Position numbers and translations under genes: made by a program. Shown here in pieces: positions 8,374-13,916 of a stretch of 13,916 nucleotides of DNA. The stretch comes from Pseudobacteriovorax sp. (GTDB lineage Bacteria; Bdellovibrionota_B; Oligoflexia; Oligoflexales; Oligoflexaceae): the NCBI GenBank assembly GCA_050293845.1, contig JBNKNM010000149.1, forward strand, positions 1-13,916. Direction: 5' to 3'. The notes beneath the pieces are model-generated. The model was given only the letters and a program-made list of their open reading frames with translations, searched no databases and was not told where the DNA came from. How positions within the stretch are numbered: position 1 is the first letter of the stretch; the number at the start of each line of letters is the position of its first letter.

Positions 8374-8416
8374 TTGGCATAACGCGACAAGTGCTGTACT
8401 TTCCGGATTCCAGATA
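8374..8416 (-). repeat. Partial inverted copy of the palindromic element at 13644
   Basis: Ungapped hand alignment to the reverse complement of 13644-13686 gives 33/43 identities, including exact TTGGCATAACGC and CGGATTCCAG blocks. Confidence 0.75.
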
Positions 8417-8614
8417 TATATTAGCGGGCTTTGATTGCTAAGTGAAAGGAAATGTGTCCCCTCTAAAACATAAAAAAATCCAAAAGAATTTATGCTCGAT
8501 AGCACCAGGGTAGGTAGGCTCCTTCCATGTAGATATTGTGGTGAGAGGCTGGAGCCGGGAGCTTGTATCGTCATAATCAGTTTATGAGATCGGCTTTAGA
8601 AATTATTTTCTAAG

Positions 8615-9052
8615 CTAAGAATCATAAACATGAAAGTCAAAGGGGTGTGAATTATGTTCTAAAACATTATCATACTGTGCTAGCAGTCTAATAAGATCCA
8701 TGCTAGTTACGAGTCCATGGACCTTGTCACCATTGACAATGGGTACACAGTCTATTTTATTTCGTATCATTAACTGACATATCTCGGTTGTCGTTGATTC
8801 AAGACTACATGTTTTAATATCTGAAACCAACACATCACCAATGCGACGATGGGGAAAAGATAAGATTCCATTTTCATCACACATTGCGATCTTAAAAATA
8901 TCACGCTCTGAAACAACTCCTTCTAGTTCTCCTGAGTCCATAACCAATAAATGGCGGATGTTATACTCTGTCATCAGCTCATAGCCCCTCCTTACGCTAT
9001 CATAAGGTGAAATTGTAACGACTTTGACTTTCATAACCCCTTGCCATTCCAT
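8615..9052 (-). CDS. Stand-alone CBS-pair (Bateman) protein, AcuB-like
   Basis: VVTISP..MTEYNIRHLLVMD..GVVSERD and IDCVPIV..GLVTSMDL. Likely start ATG 9052 after AAGAGGT. Confidence 0.9.
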   Translation of the reverse strand: MEWQGVMKVKVVTISPYDSVRRGYELMTEYNIRHLLVMDSGELEGVVSERDIFKIAMCDENGILSFPHRRIGDVLVSDIKTCSLESTTTEICQLMIRNKIDCVPIVNGDKVHGLVTSMDLIRLLAQYDNVLEHNSHPFDFHVYDS

Positions 9053-9072
9053 AACATACCTCTTTAGAATTA

Positions 9073-9101
9073 ATAAGAAATGGCCCCCTATGGAGGCCAT
9101 T
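9073..9101 (-). terminator. Intrinsic terminator/attenuator between hpf and the CBS gene
   Basis: Minus strand AATGGCCTCC-ATA-GGGGGCCATT then TCTTAT, about 10 nt after the hpf stop. Confidence 0.6.
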
Positions 9102-9110
9102 AACATGAAG

Positions 9111-9461
9111 TTAGGCTAAGGCTTCCTCTCCATTTAACATATCGGTTTTAATTTCTTTGCTGATCACTCGTCCTTTGATTCTTTTTTCTTTTTTGCGACG
9201 TAAATATTTTTCCACTTGATCTGCTAATTTATTGATAGCACTATACATATCACCATTTTGAGAGTGTAGTGCAATTTCATCTCCCGTTTTGTCTTTTAAA
9301 TTGAGTTTAACAATATGCTGATCTTTTTCCACAACAAACGTCAATAATCCTCCGGTCGGCTGTTGCGTTAAGCGATCAATTTTTGCTCCAATTTTTTTCT
9401 GAGCATAATCTTCGATGGCTTCAGTCCGTTCCATGTGTAAAAAAGCTGTTCGAAACAACAT
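9111..9461 (-). CDS. hpf: Ribosome hibernation factor HPF/RaiA (short form, 116 aa)
   Basis: HMERTEAIEDYAQKKI and DMYSAINKLADQVEKYLRRKKEK match S30AE/HPF motifs; RBS GGAGGA; no long-HPF C-terminal domain. Confidence 0.9.
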   Translation of the reverse strand: MLFRTAFLHMERTEAIEDYAQKKIGAKIDRLTQQPTGGLLTFVVEKDQHIVKLNLKDKTGDEIALHSQNGDMYSAINKLADQVEKYLRRKKEKRIKGRVISKEIKTDMLNGEEALA

Positions 9462-9509
9462 ATGGATTCCTCCACTTAAATTGTAGAAAGAGAGTTTCCT
9501 CTCATGTCT

Positions 9510-9537
9510 AATTTAATACCAAATCATTTACCGTCAA
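9510..9537 (-). promoter_or_regulatory. Putative sigma70-type internal promoter for hpf
   Basis: TTGACG (9537-9532), 16-bp spacer, TAAATT (9515-9510). Confidence 0.45.
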
Positions 9538-9563
9538 GTCCAGTAGCTTTATCAAAAAGCTTT

Positions 9564-10949
9564 CTAACTTACTTCAATCATTTTATTATTAATACTTGGG
9601 ACCGCATTAAATGCCAGTTCATTATTAATTTTTTCTGCAAGCGATTCCTGGCTTTCTTGACTTCCATGATTTAAATAAATTTTGGGACTACCTTGCAAAT
9701 GCCTTAACCAATCGATAATTTCGTCTTCGTCAGCATGTGCAGATAAAGCTTCCAGAGTGGCAATTTCAGCCTCTATGGGAGTCTCTTTATGATGTATGCG
9801 CAGGGTCCCGGTACGATAGTTTTCTTGTAGGTATCTTCCCTTTGAGCCTTCTGCTTGATAACCACAGAACAGAACTAAATTTTCAGGATGTGGTAGCCGT
9901 GCCTTTAAATGATGCAGTATCCGTCCACCACTAAGCATACCTGAGGCTGTGATAACTACCATCGGTCCTTCTTTCATACATAATAGCATTGATTCATCGC
10001 TTGTTGTAGATATGGAAAACTTCTCAGGAAAGAATTTCACCCCTTGAAAAGCATTTGAAATCTTTTGATCATGATCGCTTTTTAAGAAGATTTCTGTGGC
10101 TTGGGTTGCCATAGGAGAATCCAAGTGAATGGGGATGGTCGGTATCCTTTTTTGGTGTTCTAATAGGCTTAGAGCATAAATGATATCTTGGCTACGCCCC
10201 ACAGCAAAAGCAGGGATTACTAATACCCCTTTTCGGTGATAGACTCTATTTACTATGCTAGCTAGTTGAGGCAAAAAGTCTTTCTGAGAATGCTTGCGAT
10301 TGCCATAGGTAGACTCCATAATGACAAAGTCGGAGTGATCCACAAACTCCGCTTCTTTAAGTGTCAGCGATTGCTTGCGCCCTAGGTCACCACTAAAGGT
10401 CAATATTTTATTTTTGTGTCCGTGGTGAATTTGGAGTTGTAGAATAGAAGAGCCCACAATATGTCCGGCACGCAAAAGCCTTAGGCTCAAGCAAGATGTT
10501 ATTTTATGCCACTGGTTTCTTGCCATTGGCTGAAACAAGTCAATGGCTTTTTCCGCATCTTCAGTTGTAAACAATGGGACGGCAGGTTTATGACGAGAGT
10601 ATCCTGTTGCATTCGCGTATTTTGCAAACTCCTCTTCCAAATGTGCTGAGTCGAGCAGAATTACACGCCCTAAATCGGCAGTTCCTTTGCTGCAATAGAC
10701 AGCACCTTGAAAACCGCCTTTAACCAAGAGCGGCAATCGACCTATGTGGTCCAGATGAGCATGAGTCAAGAATACAGCTTCGATGTCTTCGGGGTTGAAG
10801 GGGAAGGCGACTCTATTTCTGGCTCTTACTTCTTTCGCTCCCTGGAACTGACCACAATCTATGAGATATTTTTTTTGATTGCTTTCCAAAAGAGATAAAC
10901 TACCCGTGACGGTATCAACAGCTCCCAAGAGTTTTAGTAAATCTGTCAT
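9564..10949 (-). CDS. MBL-fold beta-CASP ribonuclease (YSH1/TTHA0252-like)
   Basis: VTGS, DCG, THAHLDH, AGHIVGS, SGDLG, MESTYG, PAFAVGR, SGMLSGGR, GYQAEG, SAHAD and NHG motifs. ATG 10949 (or TTG 10952) after AGGAAGGGG. Confidence 0.93.
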   Translation of the reverse strand: MTDLLKLLGAVDTVTGSLSLLESNQKKYLIDCGQFQGAKEVRARNRVAFPFNPEDIEAVFLTHAHLDHIGRLPLLVKGGFQGAVYCSKGTADLGRVILLDSAHLEEEFAKYANATGYSRHKPAVPLFTTEDAEKAIDLFQPMARNQWHKITSCLSLRLLRAGHIVGSSILQLQIHHGHKNKILTFSGDLGRKQSLTLKEAEFVDHSDFVIMESTYGNRKHSQKDFLPQLASIVNRVYHRKGVLVIPAFAVGRSQDIIYALSLLEHQKRIPTIPIHLDSPMATQATEIFLKSDHDQKISNAFQGVKFFPEKFSISTTSDESMLLCMKEGPMVVITASGMLSGGRILHHLKARLPHPENLVLFCGYQAEGSKGRYLQENYRTGTLRIHHKETPIEAEIATLEALSAHADEDEIIDWLRHLQGSPKIYLNHGSQESQESLAEKINNELAFNAVPSINNKMIEVS

Positions 10950-10975
10950 CAAATTTCCCCTTCCTAAATAAGGTA

Positions 10976-10991
10976 AGCAATTCTGATGCCA
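10976..10991 (-). promoter_or_regulatory. sigma54 (-24/-12) promoter
   Basis: Minus strand TGGCATCAGAATTGCT: GG-N10-GC, one mismatch to TGGCAC-N5-TTGCW, about 27 nt upstream of the MBL start, with a very AT-rich tract upstream. Confidence 0.78.
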
Positions 10992-11191
10992 CCACTATAA
11001 TAAACTAATTTGATTAATTAATTGTAAGAACCTTTTACCCTGCTGTTGGAAATCCTCCCATTTCCTCTAATAGGTCAATTTTGCCGAAATATCCGCTAGT
11101 TATGAAATCTTGACAAGAAGAATCAACTATGTTTCGATCGATCTTCAAAATATGTTCAGTTTCCTGCGTTAATTCTTCTAAGGAGATAATT

Positions 11192-11773
11192 ATGGGTGTG
11201 TTGGTTAATAAGCCTGCTCCGGATTTTACGGCAACAGCTGTTGTAAACAAGGACTTCAAAGAGATCACTTTATCTGACTATAGGGGAAAAAATGTATTAT
11301 TGTTTTTTTACCCCTTAGACTTTACTTTTGTTTGCCCCACTGAGCTTCATGCCTTTCAAGAAAAGTTGGAAGTGTTCAACTCCAAGAATACAGAAGTTAT
11401 TGGGGTCTCAGTTGACAGTCAATTTAGTCATCTTGCTTGGCTTAATACTCCAAAATCTGATGGCGGTATCGAGGGAGTCACTTATCCCATCGTTTCAGAC
11501 ATCAACAAGACCATAGCTAGGGATTACGATGTTTTGATTCCTGAGGATGGTGTGGCCTTAAGGGGCGCTTTCCTTATCGACTCTAAAGGAGTGGTACGCC
11601 AGCAAACAGTGAACGACTTGCCTCTTGGCAGAAATATCGATGAATTCATCAGGCTTGTAGACGCTTTAACGTTTACCGAAGAGCATGGTGAAGTATGCCC
11701 GGCGAACTGGGAAGAAGGGCAGAAGGCTATGACACCTGACGAGTCTGGTCTAAAAAGCTACTTCGGCGAATAA
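11192..11773 (+). CDS. ahpC: Typical 2-Cys peroxiredoxin (AhpC/TsaA)
   Basis: [13 protein letters not shown] peroxidatic motif, GEVCPANW resolving Cys; RBS AAGGAG before ATG 11192. Confidence 0.96.
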   Translation: MGVLVNKPAPDFTATAVVNKDFKEITLSDYRGKNVLLFFYPLDFTFVCPTELHAFQEKLEVFNSKNTEVIGVSVDSQFSHLAWLNTPKSDGGIEGVTYPIVSDINKTIARDYDVLIPEDGVALRGAFLIDSKGVVRQQTVNDLPLGRNIDEFIRLVDALTFTEEHGEVCPANWEEGQKAMTPDESGLKSYFGE

Positions 11774-11796
11774 AAACAGGCGGATAGAATCCGCCT
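11771..11796. terminator. Stem-loop right after ahpC; U-tract present only on the minus strand
   Basis: AGGCGGAT-AGA-ATCCGCCT perfect 8-bp stem at 11778-11796; the minus strand continues GTTTTTATT. Confidence 0.6.
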
Positions 11797-11891
11797 CCAT
11801 CCTCTCCATCGCACCCATTTATGCTTCCTTTTTACCATATCTAAAAAAGTAATCATGCTTCGTCTACCATTAGGTGGAACAGAAAAATTAT

Positions 11892-11961
11892 GTACTGGGT
11901 AAAAATCTTGCTGCCAAATGCCACCAGCTTGGTTAGAACGAGACTTGTCTCTTTTCGCATT
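11892..11961 (+). repeat. Possible degenerate, internally deleted copy of the 13644 element
   Basis: Shares, in order, GTAC(C)TGG, AAAAATCTT, CTTGCTGCnnnATGCCA, CTTG..CTC and TTTTCGCATT with 13643-13767. Confidence 0.5.
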
Positions 11962-12014
11962 TGATGCATAAATATAAGAAACTAGCAAGTTTGACTAATA
12001 AAAGGGGTGTCAAA

Positions 12015-13643
12015 ATGACAAATTCTCGGTCCATAGCTCCACAGCCCATCAACGAACCCGTTCTTGATTACAAACCTCAGAGTCCGGAGCGTACACAACT
12101 TTTCCAAGCGATAACAGAAATGAAGAAAAGTGTGATCAACATTCCCTTAGTCATCAACGGTGAGTCTATATACACAGAGGCCACTGACAAGTTGCTTTGT
12201 CCCCATAATCACTCCCTTACATTGGCGAAGGTCAGTCGGGCTACAACAGAGCATGCCGAACTAGCTGTAGCATCTGCTCTGAAAGCGCAACAAGAATGGG
12301 CTGCGCTACCTTGGGAAGCTCGCGCTAGTGTATTTTTAAAAGCAGCCGACTTACTAGCCATCAAGTACCGGTCTCAGATCAATGCTGCTACCATGCTAGG
12401 TCAATCGAAAACTTGTCATCAAGCTGAGATCGATGCAGCTTGTGAACTTATAGACTTCTTCCGCTTTAATGTTCATTACGCAGAAAAAATCTATAGCGAA
12501 CAGCCAAATTCCTCTCCTGGCTTGTGGAACCGTAGTGAAGTCAGAGGACTTGAGGGTTTTGTTTATGCCATTTCACCCTTTAACTTCACCTCTATTGCCG
12601 TAAACTTGCCAGCCGCTCCCGCCCTTATGGGTTGCACAGTCATTTGGAAACCCGCCCCCACATCCATGCTAGGAGTTTGGATTGGCCTTCAAGTTTTAGA
12701 AGAGGCGGGTTTACCCAAAGGCGTGATTAACATGCTGAGTGGGGACCCTCAAGAAATAAGTTCTGTGCTGCTCCCTCATCCTGAGTTGTCAGGAATACAC
12801 TTTACGGGGTCAACTGCTACCTTTAATCACCTTTGGCGAACGGTCGGTGAAAACATAGACCATTACAAGTACTACCCACGTATCGTTGGTGAAACGGGAG
12901 GTAAGGATTTTATTTTTGCCCATAATTCAGCAAACATAAATGAATTAGGCACCGCTATTTTGCGAGGAGCATTCGAATACCAAGGGCAAAAATGCTCGGC
13001 TGCATCTCGCGGTTATATTCCGGAAAGTCTTTGGGAGCCACTCCAAGGTTACCTAAAAGAACAAGTGGCCACTATCAAAATGGGTGATGTGGAAGATTTT
13101 AGCAATTTCATGGGAGCCGTTATTGATCAAAAGTCATTCAACAAAATCAAGGGTTACATTGATCATGCACAAAACTCCTCTGAAGCTGAAATCGTCTGTG
13201 GTGGTAACTATTCTGATGAGAAAGGTTATTTTATAGAACCTACTATTGTTCGTGCTATTTCTCCTGACTATAAAACTATGGTTGAAGAAATATTTGGTCC
13301 CGTATTCACACTTTACGTATATCCGGATGATCAATTAACAGAGACCCTAGAGCTTTGTAATAAGGGTACAAGATATGCACTTACAGGAGCTATTTTTGCC
13401 AAAGATAGGCATATCATTCAGGAGATGAGTCAGGCCTTAGTCAACGCAGCCGGTAATTTTTATATCAATGACAAGCCGACAGGTGCGGTAGTGGGGCAGC
13501 AACCCTTTGGTGGAGGACGGGCTTCTGGAACTAACGACAAAGCAGGAAGTATGCTTAATCTTCTGCGATGGGTTTCATTCCGTACCATCAAAGAGAACTT
13601 TCGTTCCATAACGGACTATAGGTATCCTTACATGGAGCAATAG
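12015..13643 (+). CDS. pruA: L-glutamate gamma-semialdehyde (P5C) dehydrogenase, ALDH4 type, monofunctional
   Basis: NEPVLDY, MLGQSK, EIDAACELIDF, SPFNFT, FTGST, ETGGKDF, FEYQGQKCSA, EEIFGP, NDKPTGAVVGQQPFGG. RBS AGGGG before ATG 12015. Confidence 0.95.
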   Translation: MTNSRSIAPQPINEPVLDYKPQSPERTQLFQAITEMKKSVINIPLVINGESIYTEATDKLLCPHNHSLTLAKVSRATTEHAELAVASALKAQQEWAALPWEARASVFLKAADLLAIKYRSQINAATMLGQSKTCHQAEIDAACELIDFFRFNVHYAEKIYSEQPNSSPGLWNRSEVRGLEGFVYAISPFNFTSIAVNLPAAPALMGCTVIWKPAPTSMLGVWIGLQVLEEAGLPKGVINMLSGDPQEISSVLLPHPELSGIHFTGSTATFNHLWRTVGENIDHYKYYPRIVGETGGKDFIFAHNSANINELGTAILRGAFEYQGQKCSAASRGYIPESLWEPLQGYLKEQVATIKMGDVEDFSNFMGAVIDQKSFNKIKGYIDHAQNSSEAEIVCGGNYSDEKGYFIEPTIVRAISPDYKTMVEEIFGPVFTLYVYPDDQLTETLELCNKGTRYALTGAIFAKDRHIIQEMSQALVNAAGNFYINDKPTGAVVGQQPFGGGRASGTNDKAGSMLNLLRWVSFRTIKENFRSITDYRYPYMEQ

Positions 13644-13803
13644 TACCTGGAATCCGAAAAAATCTTCGCTTGCTGCGTTATGCCAACCTTCCGAAATCCT
13701 CACCTACCTTGGGTACGTTGCGGTTTAGTAAGGTCGTCGTGCCTTGCACTCAAAGATTTTTCGCATTCCTTAAAATTATTAACTTATTTTTCGATCCGGG
13801 GTA
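13644..13803 (+). repeat. RPE1-like palindromic / MITE-like intergenic element
   Basis: Nested inverted repeats: GGAATCCGAAAAAATCTT (13649-13666) pairs with AAGATTTTTCGCATTCC (13753-13769); ACCTT/AAGGT; core TCCTCACCTAC-cttgg-GTACGTTGCGGT, similar to the TCCTCACGTAC..GTACGCTGCGGT core I recall for Rickettsia RPE1-type repeats. Confidence 0.72.
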
Positions 13804-13916
13804 GTACCCCCTGATCGGGAAATTTTTACACTGACTGTTCGGCAAATATCTTCATTAATAAGGTTAGTTTTGGTTATTTCCTCATGCCTCGGCTCAGAGG
13901 AAAATTGCGGATCCTC

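Noticed and set aside
8362..8574. 70-aa minus-strand ORF after the CBS gene
   Set aside because: No SD, no motif, and it runs through the repeat fragment.
8571..8615. AT-rich dyads TCATAA-N5-TTATGA and TTAGAAA-N4-TTTCTAA
   Set aside because: Weak stems expected by chance in AT-rich DNA; at most a weak terminator for the CBS gene.
11110..11126. FNR-like TTGAC...ATCAA upstream of ahpC
   Set aside because: Spacer is 7 nt rather than 4. TTGACA may be a -35 box, but no good -10 lies at 16-18 bp.
11908..11926. TGGCA...GC sigma54-like motifs on the minus strand here and at about 13672-13685
   Set aside because: GG-GC spacing is 9 nt rather than 10; better explained as part of the repeat family.
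9737..13334. Small ORFs 9737-9934, 10707-10898, 11035-11268, 11328-11516, 11758-11988 and 13134-13334
   Set aside because: Overlap established genes or lack an SD. The IWQQDFY peptide in 11758-11988 only superficially recalls RAYT transposases and has no HUH motif.
1..13916. CRISPR array, tRNA/rRNA, retron or other defence system
   Set aside because: No regularly spaced repeats, RNA gene signatures, reverse transcriptase, Cas or recognisable defence domains seen.

Overview
AT-rich bacterial window; gene content and lipoprotein style suggest Bdellovibrionota/Oligoflexia or similar (inference only). 1-5434 (+): cbb3-type cytochrome c oxidase locus ccoI(5'-truncated)-ccoS-ccoNO(fused)-ccoQ-ccoP(monohaem)-ccoG; ccoS is missing from the ORF track. 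5435-8600 is an accessory patch with a short, probably frameshifted lipoprotein gene, a structured intergenic segment, a 560-aa Cys-repeat/L-domain-LRR lipoprotein (-) and an unannotated decayed IS91-family transposase. 8615-10949 (-): beta-CASP MBL ribonuclease, short HPF/RaiA and a CBS-pair protein, preceded by a near-consensus sigma54 promoter. 11192-13643 (+): 2-Cys peroxiredoxin and stand-alone P5C dehydrogenase. The window ends in an RPE1-like palindromic repeat, with related partial copies at about 8374 and 11892. Most genes belong to known families and I see no clearly new multi-gene system. The best leads are the sigma54-driven RNase-HPF-CBS module, the dispersed palindromic repeat family, the IS91 relic and the altered catalytic motifs of CcoI.
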